Below are positions 30,560-40,548 of a DNA stretch of 64,000 nucleotides, piece by piece (position 1 is the stretch's first letter; every line of letters begins with the position of its first letter). The translations under genes were made by a program, and so were the position numbers. The notes beneath the pieces were generated by a model. That model was not told the origin of the DNA, ran no database searches, and worked only from the letters and a program-made list of their open reading frames with translations. The DNA is from Patescibacteria group bacterium. GTDB taxonomy: Bacteria; Patescibacteriota; Microgenomatia; JAMCZE01. The stretch spans positions 109,305 to 173,304 of the forward strand of contig JAMCRP010000001.1 of NCBI GenBank assembly GCA_023380635.1, read 5' to 3'.

Positions 30560-31432
30560 CTACATTTGTCGCAACAGCTTAATCCTTTCCGCAATCGGCG
30601 GATGAGTGTCAAACAGTCCGGCCAAAAATGAAGTCACGCTCTTTCCTTTAAAAGGATTGACGATAAACAAATGAGCCGTAGCATTATTGGCAAATTTTGC
30701 CGGCGTCCGGTCAGCGGAGATTTTTTCCAAAGCGGAAGCCAGCCCTTCAGGATCGGAAGTTATCTTTGCTCCGGAAGCATCCGCCGCAAATTCCCGGCGG
30801 CGCGATATTGCCAGTTGAATGATTGTCGCTACTATCGGCGATAAAATCGCCAGAACCAAACCGATAATCACAAAAATCATCTCTGAGCCATTACCGCGGT
30901 TATCCCGATTATCCTGAAACCACAGGCTTCTCATAAACCAGTCTGCCAACATAGAAACAAAACCAACAAGAATTGCCGTTACCGCCATCAGTCTGGTATC
31001 AAAGTTTTTGACATGAGAAAGTTCATGGCCAATCACCCCTTCCATTTCCGACCGGTTTAATTTCTCCCGCAAGCCGTAAGTAATGGCAATCGCCGCGTGC
31101 TTGGGATCCCGACCGGTAGCAAAAGCGTTCGGAGAAGCGTCGGCAATCGCGTAAACCTTGGGCATGGGCAGATTTGCTTTTTGAGCCACGTCTGAAACAA
31201 CTTCATAAAGCTTCGGGTCCTGCTCCCGGCTAACCGGTTTGGCTCCGGAAATAGCCAGCACCATTCTGTCGGAAAAATAATAACTAAAAAAGGCAAAGAC
31301 TCCGGAGATAACCAGGGCAGGCCCCACAAAACTTGCTCCGTAACCGGCCAGTTTGCCAAAAGCAAAAGCCACCGCCGCGGCAAAAGCGACCAGGATTCCC
31401 ATCATCAGCCAGGTTTTTTCAATGCTATTCAT
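30560..31432 (-). CDS. htpX: Zinc metalloprotease HtpX
   Basis: PNAFATG, HELSH, SRRREFAAD, THPP. Confidence 0.93.
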   Translation of the reverse strand: MNSIEKTWLMMGILVAFAAAVAFAFGKLAGYGASFVGPALVISGVFAFFSYYFSDRMVLAISGAKPVSREQDPKLYEVVSDVAQKANLPMPKVYAIADASPNAFATGRDPKHAAIAITYGLREKLNRSEMEGVIGHELSHVKNFDTRLMAVTAILVGFVSMLADWFMRSLWFQDNRDNRGNGSEMIFVIIGLVLAILSPIVATIIQLAISRRREFAADASGAKITSDPEGLASALEKISADRTPAKFANNATAHLFIVNPFKGKSVTSFLAGLFDTHPPIAERIKLLRQM

Positions 31433-33195
31433 GTTCTTTTGTGTAGCCAGGATATTATCTCCCGATAGTCCAGAGTATTAACAATGTTTTTAGCCTCAGC
31501 CCAACCGCGGCGGGCCACCGCTATGCCATAAGGCATCATTAATAGTCCGTCCTTGTTATGAGCATCCGTTCCCAGGCTTAACTTTACTCCCCGCTTAACC
31601 GCTTCTCTTACTAAAGTATCCGGAAGATCCAGGCGGTTTGGGTAGGCATTAATTTCCAGGGCTTTATCGTGTTCCAGACAAAAACTGAATATTTGATCCC
31701 AATCCAACTCATAACCCTCGCGCGCTCCCAATAATCGGCCGGTCGGATGAGCCAAGATTCGGGCAACCGGATTAGATAAGCCTTTCAGAACTCGCCCGGT
31801 CATTTCTGCCTTGTTCATGTTAAAAGAGGAGTGTATCGACACCAGGCAACCATCAAGTCCATCTAAGGCTTCCTGAGGCACGGGAAGCTCGCCCGAAGGA
31901 AGAATATCTACTTCGAGTAATTTTATTACTCTACACCCTTTTGTTGAGTAATTAATGTGATCAATAAGTTCATTTCGCTTATGCAGGCGCTCTTCCATCT
32001 CTTTCGGGGAATTTTTGGCTTGACTCGGGTTATGGTCGCTAATCCCGATATACCCATAACCCAGCTTTTCCCCTATTTCTCTCATAACCTTTACCGAATC
32101 TTCCCCGCTGTCATGACTGGTTTCCTCTAAATCGCTGGAATGCATTTGCAAATCTCCCTTAATATCCTTCAGTTCAACCAGCTTTGGCAGTTTGTGCTTC
32201 AAAGCCGCCTCAATCTCGTCAGTATCCTCCCGCAGCTCCGGCGGAATCCAGTCCATACCGAGAAATTTATAAAACTCTTCTTCGGTTTTGAACCGGTGAA
32301 TCTTCCCGGATTTAAGCTCTTTAGTGCCGTATTCTGAAAGCGAGAGTCCCTTTTTGAGCGCAAAATCCCGCAGTTTTATATTGTGATACTTCGATCCGGT
32401 AAAATATTGCAGCATGGCTCCATATTCTTCCGGTTTTGCCACCCGCAAATCTGCCTGGCGGCCGGCAGAAAGCAGAATCGAGGCTCCGGTCGGCCCTTTT
32501 TCCACTAGCCCTGAGGCCCCAGGATAGGCCACAAAAGCTTTTATTACCTCTTCCGGATACTCGGTGGCCACCGCCAGATCCACATCCCCAATCGTGGCCA
32601 CCCGACGCCGTAAACTGCCTAATTTATCTATCCTGCCAACCTGCGGCTCTGCTTTCTTACTTATGTAGCTGATTATTTCTTCTGCCAGCTCATCCGCCTC
32701 CGGCAAAACCATCCTTTTCTCTTTAATAGCACCATGGCGATACCGTTCGATGTTGGTCAAAATATCCAGCTCGCTTTTTTCCCCAAAACCCTCGATTTTG
32801 GCAATTTTATGTTCTTTGGCTGCTTTTTCCAGCTCGTCAACGGGACTCTTCTCTTTTAACTTTAAACTTTCAACTAATATTTCTGCTCTTTTGGGTCCCA
32901 GGCCCGGAACATCCAATAACGGAAAAACTGCCGGGTTAACTTTCTTTAGAACCTGCTCAAAATGTTTAGATTTACCCGTCTTAAACAGCTCGTCCAAATG
33001 TTCCCGGATAGAAGCGCCCAAGCCTGGCACGCTATCCAGTTTCCCGTCTTCCCAAAGATCTTTTAACTCCGAAGTAGCGTGTTCGACAGCCGTAGCTGCG
33101 TTGTCGTAAGCGATAATTTTGAATCTGTTTTCGCCGAGGATAGTGTAGGCAGCCGCAATTTTGCGAAGCAAGCGGGCTATTTCAATATTCCCCAT
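31429..33195 (-). CDS. polX: DNA polymerase X with PHP domain
   Basis: GSLRR, GDVD, ADLR, FTGSKYHN, PHP histidines. Start moved to MGNIE at 33195 because the longer ORF overlaps tRNA-Asp. Confidence 0.93.
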   Translation of the reverse strand: MGNIEIARLLRKIAAAYTILGENRFKIIAYDNAATAVEHATSELKDLWEDGKLDSVPGLGASIREHLDELFKTGKSKHFEQVLKKVNPAVFPLLDVPGLGPKRAEILVESLKLKEKSPVDELEKAAKEHKIAKIEGFGEKSELDILTNIERYRHGAIKEKRMVLPEADELAEEIISYISKKAEPQVGRIDKLGSLRRRVATIGDVDLAVATEYPEEVIKAFVAYPGASGLVEKGPTGASILLSAGRQADLRVAKPEEYGAMLQYFTGSKYHNIKLRDFALKKGLSLSEYGTKELKSGKIHRFKTEEEFYKFLGMDWIPPELREDTDEIEAALKHKLPKLVELKDIKGDLQMHSSDLEETSHDSGEDSVKVMREIGEKLGYGYIGISDHNPSQAKNSPKEMEERLHKRNELIDHINYSTKGCRVIKLLEVDILPSGELPVPQEALDGLDGCLVSIHSSFNMNKAEMTGRVLKGLSNPVARILAHPTGRLLGAREGYELDWDQIFSFCLEHDKALEINAYPNRLDLPDTLVREAVKRGVKLSLGTDAHNKDGLLMMPYGIAVARRGWAEAKNIVNTLDYREIISWLHKRT

Positions 33196-33221
33196 AGTTT
33201 GATAATATTGTAACACGGTTT

Positions 33222-33296
33222 GGGGTTGTAGCGCAGTTTGGTTAGCGCGTCTCCCTGTCACGGAGAAGGTCGCGGGTCCGAGTCCCGTCAACCCCG
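33222..33296 (+). tRNA. tRNA-Asp(GUC)
   Basis: TCTCC-CTGTCAC-GGAGA; T-loop TCCGAGT. Confidence 0.93.
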
Positions 33297-33335
33297 CAAA
33301 CTGCCCCAAACTTCTGCCCGGAAGGAAGTGAAGAA

Positions 33336-33926
33336 ATGTTTGATAATCTTCGAAAATTTATCGATGACCTGGATTTGAACGAATCTATTGTCAGCATGCT
33401 TCTGGGAGCTCTAATTGTTATCCTGATAGGCATTCTTGCCTACGGCTATTTCCGCAACCATCAGCCTAACTCCACCATGGAAAATCCCCAGAATCAGGAG
33501 GAACAAGCCGGAGAGCTGGCCACGCCGTCAGCCACGGTCGCTTTGCCAACAACTCATGTCGTGGAGAACGGAGAAAGTCTCTGGTCTATCGCCGAAAGGT
33601 ATTATTCCAGCGGCTACAACTGGCAGGATATTGCCAAAGCCAACAACCTGACTAATCCCAGTGAGATCGAACCGGGCCAGAAGCTAACCATCCCCAAGGT
33701 CGAGGTGCGGGAGCCGCAGACAACCAACACTGCTTTAGAACAAACCGTGACCCCGGCGAACTCGATCACGGGCAATTCCTACACGGTGGTTCATGGTGAC
33801 AATTTGTGGGATATCGCGGTTCGGGCTTATGGCGACGGGTTCAAGTGGACTCAAATCGCTCAGGCCAATCATCTGGCCAACCCGGAAATAATTCATGCCG
33901 GGAATGTCTTTACCATCCCGCGGTAG
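33336..33926 (+). CDS. Membrane-anchored double LysM protein
   Basis: TM helix, then HVVENGESLWSIA and YTVVHGDNLWDIA LysM repeats. Confidence 0.92.
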   Translation: MFDNLRKFIDDLDLNESIVSMLLGALIVILIGILAYGYFRNHQPNSTMENPQNQEEQAGELATPSATVALPTTHVVENGESLWSIAERYYSSGYNWQDIAKANNLTNPSEIEPGQKLTIPKVEVREPQTTNTALEQTVTPANSITGNSYTVVHGDNLWDIAVRAYGDGFKWTQIAQANHLANPEIIHAGNVFTIPR

Positions 33927-33946
33927 TGGTATAATTTTCTCAAATT

Positions 33947-34017
33947 GCGGGATTAGTACACCGGTAGTATGCTACCTTCCCAAGGTAGAGAAGGGGGTTC
34001 AATTCCCCTATCCCGCT
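33947..34017 (+). tRNA. tRNA-Gly(CCC)
   Basis: GCGGGAT/ATCCCGC acceptor stem; CTACC-TTCCCAA-GGTAG; TGgTATAAT upstream. Confidence 0.92.
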
Positions 34018-34020
34018 CTT

Positions 34021-34524
34021 ATGTTAACCCTTATTCTTGGCGGCGGGTCATTTAAGAACAAGGCTTGGGTAGAAGAAATGGCCCAAACTTTGGGCGCTAC
34101 GCCGCAATTCTACGACTATTGGAGCGAGCAAAAGGATTCGGGTTTGGATTTCGATCTCGAAACAAATAAAGCCCTAAAAACCCTTGGGGGCCAACCCTAC
34201 AACCTCCTTATTAAGTCTGTCGGGTCTCTTCTGGGCATGCGAGTTCTGGAAAAAGCCGGCGGTAAGGTGAACAAAATTATTATTTGCGGCTTTCCCCTGC
34301 ACGACTTTCCCTCGGAAGAACTGGAAAGATATAAAGTTCTCAATAGTTTCCCCGTAGAAAAAATCAGATGTTTCCAAAACAATGCTGATCCTCATGGGTC
34401 ATACCAGGAGGCCAAGACTTTCCTGGCTAAAATTAATCCTGACATCCAAATTGTCGAAAAAATTGGCGACAACCACAATTATCCGTATCCAGAAGATTTC
34501 CAGGCATTTCTTTCAGAAGGATAG
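34021..34524 (+). CDS. Small alpha/beta-hydrolase-fold protein
   Basis: KSVG nucleophile-elbow-like motif, later DP and H residues. Start moved downstream of tRNA-Gly. Confidence 0.65.
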   Translation: MLTLILGGGSFKNKAWVEEMAQTLGATPQFYDYWSEQKDSGLDFDLETNKALKTLGGQPYNLLIKSVGSLLGMRVLEKAGGKVNKIIICGFPLHDFPSEELERYKVLNSFPVEKIRCFQNNADPHGSYQEAKTFLAKINPDIQIVEKIGDNHNYPYPEDFQAFLSEG

Positions 34525-34529
34525 AGTTA

Positions 34530-35243
34530 ATGAATCCGCAACATCGGCTACTTTTAGACGAAATTAAAAAACACCAGGGTAAGCCGGCGAAGCACAAAAA
34601 TACAAACAATTATGCCGGAACAACCAGCTTTGAGTATCATGTTTCCAACCCGGTTAAATGGAAAATAGCCAAAGATTGGGCGGCAAAAAATACGACGATA
34701 TCGCCTGATAACTTTCTTCTGATTCTGGACTCCCTAAACACTGGGAAATCGCATGAGGAAAAAAGTTTAGTCGGCTGCCTACTCGCAACTTTTCCTAAAC
34801 TTCGGTCTCAAATTAAGCCGATATCTTTAGACAAATGGCTAAACAATGTTCACGGTTGGGCTGAAGTGGATAATCTTTGCCAAAATAATTTTCAACACCA
34901 GAATTTTTTTGCGGATTGGCCTGCTTGGGAAAAAACGATTCGTAATTTTTCCAAAGACAAAAATGTCCACAAACGCCGGGCAAGTTTGGTTTTGCTTACC
35001 GGACCGGTTAGTCATTCATCCGACCCCTGCTTTTCAGTATTGGCTTTAGAAAATATTGACCGTCTTAAAGGAGAAAAAGATATTCTTATTACCAAAGCTG
35101 TCTCCTGGCTCCTGCGTAGTCTTATTAAAAATCACCATGAGGATGTCGAAAAATATTTGGAGAAAAACAAAGATGTTCTGCCCAGAATCGCCATTCGCGA
35201 AACAGAAAATAAACTTAAATCCGGCCGGAAATCCGGCAAATAA
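34530..35243 (+). CDS. DNA alkylation repair protein (AlkD-like)
   Basis: WAEVD, KRRASLV, KAVSWLLR, AIRE. Confidence 0.85.
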   Translation: MNPQHRLLLDEIKKHQGKPAKHKNTNNYAGTTSFEYHVSNPVKWKIAKDWAAKNTTISPDNFLLILDSLNTGKSHEEKSLVGCLLATFPKLRSQIKPISLDKWLNNVHGWAEVDNLCQNNFQHQNFFADWPAWEKTIRNFSKDKNVHKRRASLVLLTGPVSHSSDPCFSVLALENIDRLKGEKDILITKAVSWLLRSLIKNHHEDVEKYLEKNKDVLPRIAIRETENKLKSGRKSGK

Positions 35244-35249
35244 TAATCG

Positions 35250-35585
35250 ATGCTTTATAAAGCCATTTCTCTCAAACAACCCTGGGCGAATTTGGTAGCG
35301 AGCAGCAAGAAAAAAATTGAAACGAGAAAATGGGGAACAAAATATCGCGGCGATTTGGTCATCTGCTCTTCAAAGTTCCCAAGTACTCCAGAACCTGCAG
35401 GATATGCCTTGTGTATCGCGGAGTTGTATCATGTCGAGCCGATGAAAAAGATTCACGAAAAAGATGCCTGTATTAAAGTTTATCCCCGCGCCCACGCCTG
35501 GTTTTTGCGCAATATCCGGCCGATTAATCCGCCAATCCCCGTCAAGGGCCAGTTGGGAATTTTTGATGTTGAATTAGATCTTTAA
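35250..35585 (+). CDS. ASCH domain protein
   Basis: AISLKQPWA, KKIETRKW..YRG, KGQLGIF. Confidence 0.88.
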   Translation: MLYKAISLKQPWANLVASSKKKIETRKWGTKYRGDLVICSSKFPSTPEPAGYALCIAELYHVEPMKKIHEKDACIKVYPRAHAWFLRNIRPINPPIPVKGQLGIFDVELDL

Positions 35586-36483
35586 GCCTCTCTAAACTGG
35601 TGTCATCCAAAATCGAAACCGGGGTAATTTTCTTCTTTAGCTTTTTGAAAGCCGGATTATTTGCCAAGTCAGCCTTGGTCATGAGAATTATCTCCTGTTT
35701 ATTTAGCAGTTCGGGATTATATTGTTTCAGTTCCTGGCGGATTGTATTGTAGTCAGCCAGTGGATTAGTCGAATCGGCGGCAATGCAATGCAGGATTACC
35801 GGGACTTTTTCAATGTGTTTTAAAAACCTATCCCCCAGCCCCTTGCCTCTACTCGCTCCCTCAATTAGTCCCGGAATATCTGCAATAATTTTTCCGTTCA
35901 CGGCTCCGAGGTTTGGTTCTAAAGTAGTGAAGGGGTAATCGCCAACCGGCGCGTTGGCGTTGGTTAACGCGTTGAGAAGCGAACTTTTGCCGGCATTGGG
36001 CAAACCTACCAGCCCGAAATCGGCGATCAGTTTCAAAGTTAGTTTTAACCGCCGTTTTTGTCCCGGCAAACCCGGCTGAGCTTTAGTTGGGGTCGTCATA
36101 CGGGCGTTGGCCCGGTCAGCATTCCCCAAACCCCCCGCGCCTCCTTTACAAATTAACACTCTGGTATTGGGATTATCCAGACTAAACAATTCTTCTGTCT
36201 CTAAATCAAACAGGTCCGTACCTATTGGTGCCAGGAGAGTTAGATCCAAGGCATTATGGCCGGATTTGCGGTTTGACCCGCCCGGTTCTCCGTCCGAAGC
36301 GGCGAATTTTTTCTTGCTGGCATAACGGTTTAGAGCGGTCAGGTCGGTTGTACTCTCAAAATATAAATCTCCCCCATCGCCGCCATTGCCGCCGTCAGGC
36401 CCCCGGCCTTTTTTAAAAAACGATGCTTTGCCGGCTCCGCCATGCCCGCCGGAAACTTCGATTTCCGCTTCATCTATAAGCAT
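35542..36483 (-). CDS. obgE: GTPase Obg
   Basis: Gly-rich Obg fold, GLPNAGKS, YPFTT, DIPG, TKAD. Confidence 0.95.
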   Translation of the reverse strand: MLIDEAEIEVSGGHGGAGKASFFKKGRGPDGGNGGDGGDLYFESTTDLTALNRYASKKKFAASDGEPGGSNRKSGHNALDLTLLAPIGTDLFDLETEELFSLDNPNTRVLICKGGAGGLGNADRANARMTTPTKAQPGLPGQKRRLKLTLKLIADFGLVGLPNAGKSSLLNALTNANAPVGDYPFTTLEPNLGAVNGKIIADIPGLIEGASRGKGLGDRFLKHIEKVPVILHCIAADSTNPLADYNTIRQELKQYNPELLNKQEIILMTKADLANNPAFKKLKKKITPVSILDDTSLERLKDLIQHQKFPTGP

Positions 36484-36532
36484 AGCTGTATTTTAAACGC
36501 CAGGCGTCTGTTTGCATAGTTATATATAATGT

Positions 36533-36769
36533 ATGCATATGATGTGGGGTTATGGTTACGGTCCTTATATGGGTTATGGCTTTCTACCAATCATTGGCTG
36601 GGTTTTTTCCTGGATATTTTTTATCGTGGTTATTGTTCTGGCCATTCGCTTCTTTCGCGGCGGACGCTGGCACGATCATGACCGATCGGCGGAAATTCTT
36701 CGCGAACGCTATGCCAAAGGCGAAATTTCCAAGAAAGAGTTCGAGGAAATGAAAAAGGATCTCCAGTAA
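36533..36769 (+). CDS. SHOCT domain small membrane protein
   Basis: G/Y/M-rich N-terminus, TM helix, ILRERYAKGEISKKEFEE. Confidence 0.85.
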   Translation: MHMMWGYGYGPYMGYGFLPIIGWVFSWIFFIVVIVLAIRFFRGGRWHDHDRSAEILRERYAKGEISKKEFEEMKKDLQ

Positions 36770-36786
36770 TGCTAAAATACCACTAT

Positions 36787-36858
36787 GCCGAAGTGGCTCA
36801 GTGGTAGAGCGGCTCTTTCGTAAAGAGTAGGTCGTGAGTCCGATTCTCACCTTCGGCT
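36787..36858 (+). tRNA. tRNA-Thr(CGU)
   Basis: GCCGAAG/CTTCGGC; GCTCT-TTCGTAA-AGAGT; T-loop TCCGATT. Confidence 0.92.
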
Positions 36859-36876
36859 CATGGTGGTAGAATAACT

Positions 36877-37593
36877 ATGATGCGATCGCCATACAGCCGG
36901 CTGCAACAGCGCTATACTAAACAAACTCAGCAGCGCCTGATCCTTTCTCTGATTGGTTCGATAATTTTGGTCGTTATTTTGGTAATTTATGGTCTGCCGG
37001 CTCTTTTTAATTTAACCGGCACTATCAGTAGTTTTCGCCGGGGTAATTCTGCAACCGTTTCCTCTGATAACACCGTCGCTCCAACTACCCCAGAACTTTC
37101 CCAGGACCTGACGGCGACATCTTCGGCCCACACCAAGGTTCACGGCGTTGCCGATCCGAACATCACCGTGGAAATTTTCCAAAACGGACGTTCTTTGGGA
37201 ACCGTAGTCGCTTCAAATGATGGCACTTTTACCCAGGACGCCGATTTGGAAAAAGGTCCAAACAGCTTTACCGCTCAGGCGGTTAACGACGCTAATCAGA
37301 AAAGCGATGTTTCCGAGGCCTATGTTGTCAGCTTCCTTTCCGGCCAGCCAAAGTTGGATTTATCCTCGCCCAAAGACGGCGACTCATTTAATAACCAGAC
37401 TATTTCTGTCAGCGGGGCCACCGATCCGGGCGATACGGTTTCTATTAATGACCGGCTGGCGATTGTCGACAAAGACGGTAACTTTTCTTATTCCCTCAAC
37501 CTAAACAGCGGAGACAACAAATTGAAGATCACGGCCACTGACCCGGCCGGCAACACTACCTCTAAAGAATTAACCGTCAAGTACCAGCAGTAG
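36877..37593 (+). CDS. Membrane-anchored tandem Ig-like domain protein
   Basis: TM anchor, two beta-sandwich repeats ending AVNDANQ and ATDPAGN. Confidence 0.8.
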   Translation: MMRSPYSRLQQRYTKQTQQRLILSLIGSIILVVILVIYGLPALFNLTGTISSFRRGNSATVSSDNTVAPTTPELSQDLTATSSAHTKVHGVADPNITVEIFQNGRSLGTVVASNDGTFTQDADLEKGPNSFTAQAVNDANQKSDVSEAYVVSFLSGQPKLDLSSPKDGDSFNNQTISVSGATDPGDTVSINDRLAIVDKDGNFSYSLNLNSGDNKLKITATDPAGNTTSKELTVKYQQ

Positions 37594-38673
37594 GAATAAC
37601 CACTCCATGACCCAGGGGTACAAAAGAGTATTGTTGAACCAGGAGTGAACAAAAACTGCCAGAAAACTCGCTTTAAAAGCCAAACTTTTCTTCCCCGCAA
37701 TCCACATCCCCCGCAAGACCCCAAGATAAGCGATCAGGCCGACGATTCCGGTTGTCGCCAGGACCAAAAGTATGGACGAATCTGCCCCGGCTCCGGCATG
37801 GCTTTGGGTACTGGCGTTAGTCACGTAGCGGTAGGCGTCAAAACCCCTGCCTAAAATCGGGGTCTTTTCCCAAATCATTACTGCCTGTTTCCAGTTATTA
37901 ATTCGGGCGATGGCGCTGTTCTCCCGGCCGAGCTTGGTCCCTTCGCCCAGACTTTTCGGCAACAGGGGAATGGCAATCAGGAGAACTATAGTAGCAACAA
38001 GAATTATTTTTAATGACTTTTTGTACCAGGCGATGATCCCGAAACCAACCAGATAGGCCAAATACGACGCCCGGGAGTAAGTCAATAAAAGAGCGGTATA
38101 AATTATTGAAAATTGAAGAATTGAAAATTTGTTTAAAATTTTAAATTTAAAATTAAAAATTGAGAATAATCCTAAGGTCAGAATTATTCCCGTAAACCCC
38201 GGGTCTAGAAAGGTAGATATCAACCTAAAGTAATGTTCGTCCCAATTCTGGGCCGCTAAAAAAGTGGTATCCGGCATGAGAAGATATTGGGCAATACCGG
38301 CCAGAGCCACGATTAGAACTCCCGCAATTAAACCTTTTTTTATTAGCTCTTTTTCCTTCGTCTCCCTAAAAGCAAAATAGATCCCGGCATAGGCCAACCA
38401 ACGAACTGCATACATCCCGGCAACCGCTAACTGGAAAGGTGTATAGCGGGAGATATTAACCAAAAGCGAAAGAGCCATGGCTGCAGCCCAGATCGCCACC
38501 GGCCAGAACAGCGCCGATTTTTTCCCGGTCCGCAGTTCCCGGATAATCCCGATTCCCCCGACTATACCAACTGCCAGATCATTCAGATGCAGCGTAACCC
38601 CGTTTCCCAAATCGAATCTTCCCAACTGCCCAAGCGGAAAAAGAATTAAGAGCAAAATTAACAGGTATTTCAT
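37570..38673 (-). CDS. O-antigen ligase family protein
   Basis: Multi-TM; RLISTFLDP, LTYSRAS, PILGRG. Confidence 0.85.
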   Translation of the reverse strand: MKYLLILLLILFPLGQLGRFDLGNGVTLHLNDLAVGIVGGIGIIRELRTGKKSALFWPVAIWAAAMALSLLVNISRYTPFQLAVAGMYAVRWLAYAGIYFAFRETKEKELIKKGLIAGVLIVALAGIAQYLLMPDTTFLAAQNWDEHYFRLISTFLDPGFTGIILTLGLFSIFNFKFKILNKFSILQFSIIYTALLLTYSRASYLAYLVGFGIIAWYKKSLKIILVATIVLLIAIPLLPKSLGEGTKLGRENSAIARINNWKQAVMIWEKTPILGRGFDAYRYVTNASTQSHAGAGADSSILLVLATTGIVGLIAYLGVLRGMWIAGKKSLAFKASFLAVFVHSWFNNTLLYPWVMEWLFLLLVLDG

Positions 38674-39965
38674 TGCGTCTTATAGATAATTGCCCCGGTT
38701 AATTGATTCTCATAAATTTTAGTTCCCCGGTTCCCCTTATGGCTCTCGTTTCTCCCATATATTAAAGTGTAATCAGTCTTCTCCCCTTTATACCATGTTT
38801 CATCTACGAACGGAAAATCAACATAATATAGATTATGAAATCCTTTAACTAAAACCAGGTCGGAGCTCTTGATGTTTTCGGCAAACCACCCGTCGCAATC
38901 CACAAATACCGCCGTGGAAAAATCCAAGTTCTTGCAGAGATACTCCGTTCTGGTTTCTTTGCCGGTCAGATAGGGGATTATTTTTACATTTGCTGCCGAT
39001 CGATAAGCAATGCTAAAAACCACAAAGACTCCGGCCAGGGCAACCAACCATCTTTTTTTACTAATCATCTGAGTTGCCAGAACGGCATAGACTGGTAAGT
39101 ATGGCAGCAAATACCTGCCGCCGCCCCCCTGCGGCGTTACCAGCCAAAAAAGAAAAGTTGCCAGAGTATATGCCCAAAGGAAAAAGTTTGTCCGGTTTAA
39201 AAACGCCAGAAAGAATAAAGGATTTAACTTATTTTCGGTGAATAATCCAGACAAACTTGAATGCTCATTAGTATTTAAAATGCCCGCCCCCAGGGGATAA
39301 AAAGGATAACCGGTTTTTTGCCAAGCCCAGATAAACCACGGCCCGCCGAGAAAAACGGCCGGCAACAAAAAAGAAAAATTAAAACCGCTTAAAACAAACA
39401 GGATCGCCAGACTCCCAATGGCTAAAGTTTTGGTTCCGATGGCTAAACCTGCTGCGGTCCCGGCCATAACAAATTTTTTCTCCAACAACCAGTAAACCAC
39501 GAGGGCTTCAAAAAACGTCCGGATTAGATCGACATAGGCACTCCCCGACAACCAGCCCAAAAGGGGAGTGGCATAAAAAATTACCGCCGCCAGTAAACTA
39601 AATTTTTGATCCAGGTATTTGCGGGCAATTTTATAAGTGACAAAGGCGGCTCCAATACCGGCCAGCCAACTGATTAGATGTGCTCCCAAATCCCCCGCCT
39701 CCCCCATCACCCGCATTGCTCCCAAAAACAAAAATTCTCCCAACCGGGGCATGGCCGAATAATAAAGCAGTCCGCCGGGAATAAAGTCAATTCTTCCCCA
39801 CATTAAATAGAGTTTGGGAATTGTCAGGTGATACCACAAGGCGTCGAACCCCAGCTCCGGTCCTAACGCCCCAACCAAATTAACGAGCGCCGCAAAAATA
39901 AGAATCGCAGACAACATGAAGCCTCCGTTAATCCGCTTTAAATTCGTGAGAATCTTGGTCCTCAT
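38670..39965 (-). CDS. GT-C-type integral membrane glycosyltransferase
   Basis: DALWYHL luminal motif, multi-TM, GRYLLP. Start may be 39917. Confidence 0.7.
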   Translation of the reverse strand: MRTKILTNLKRINGGFMLSAILIFAALVNLVGALGPELGFDALWYHLTIPKLYLMWGRIDFIPGGLLYYSAMPRLGEFLFLGAMRVMGEAGDLGAHLISWLAGIGAAFVTYKIARKYLDQKFSLLAAVIFYATPLLGWLSGSAYVDLIRTFFEALVVYWLLEKKFVMAGTAAGLAIGTKTLAIGSLAILFVLSGFNFSFLLPAVFLGGPWFIWAWQKTGYPFYPLGAGILNTNEHSSLSGLFTENKLNPLFFLAFLNRTNFFLWAYTLATFLFWLVTPQGGGGRYLLPYLPVYAVLATQMISKKRWLVALAGVFVVFSIAYRSAANVKIIPYLTGKETRTEYLCKNLDFSTAVFVDCDGWFAENIKSSDLVLVKGFHNLYYVDFPFVDETWYKGEKTDYTLIYGRNESHKGNRGTKIYENQLTGAIIYKTQ

Positions 39966-40548
39966 ATTGTTTCACCCGGACAACCAGCGATTGAAAACTC
40001 ATCATAAAAGCATGAACAAAACCCGCTGCTCCGTCCAAAAATCCCAGTCGCCAAAGATAATTTTGAAAAAACTTTGCTGCCGGGTTGGTCACTACCCGCC
40101 AATAGCTAAAAGTTTTTCCTTCCCGAACCAGTTCTCTCGCGTCAATGTCAGTGTAGTAATTAATTTTAGAAATAAAGTCGGCAATTGTCGTATGCGGATC
40201 ATGGAGTAAGTAGTTCTTTAGCGTCGCCGCGTTTTTAATATCCCAATATTCATGGACGCTTCGTTTCCATTGTCCGGCGTCTTTTTTTCCCAGCCGAAGA
40301 AGTTTAATATTTCCGGTTTCTCCATGCCTGAGCCACTTTCCCAGGAAGAAATCTTTTCTTCGAATATAGTATCCGTAGTATTTATTATCAAGCCGCGAGA
40401 TCTCCTCTTCCAGCTCCGCAGTCACTTCCTCGTCCGAATCCACAAACAGCACCCAGTCCGCTTCCGCTTTTTCCAAAAGAATGTTTCTTTCCGCGGCAAA
40501 ATCCGTAATCGGACCGTTTTTTTTGAGAGTAACTTTAGAGAATTTCAT
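39928..40548 (-). CDS. GT2 glycosyltransferase with N-terminal deletion
   Basis: DFAAERN, WVLFVDSDE, VHE, GFLDG. Confidence 0.8.
   Translation of the reverse strand: MKFSKVTLKKNGPITDFAAERNILLEKAEADWVLFVDSDEEVTAELEEEISRLDNKYYGYYIRRKDFFLGKWLRHGETGNIKLLRLGKKDAGQWKRSVHEYWDIKNAATLKNYLLHDPHTTIADFISKINYYTDIDARELVREGKTFSYWRVVTNPAAKFFQNYLWRLGFLDGAAGFVHAFMMSFQSLVVRVKQYEDQDSHEFKAD

Noticed and set aside
33196-33309. N-terminal extension of the polX ORF
   Set aside because: It is the antisense of tRNA-Asp; PolX-like sequence starts at 33195.
33895-34020. N-terminal extension of the 209-aa ORF
   Set aside because: It runs through tRNA-Gly; the real start is likely 34021.
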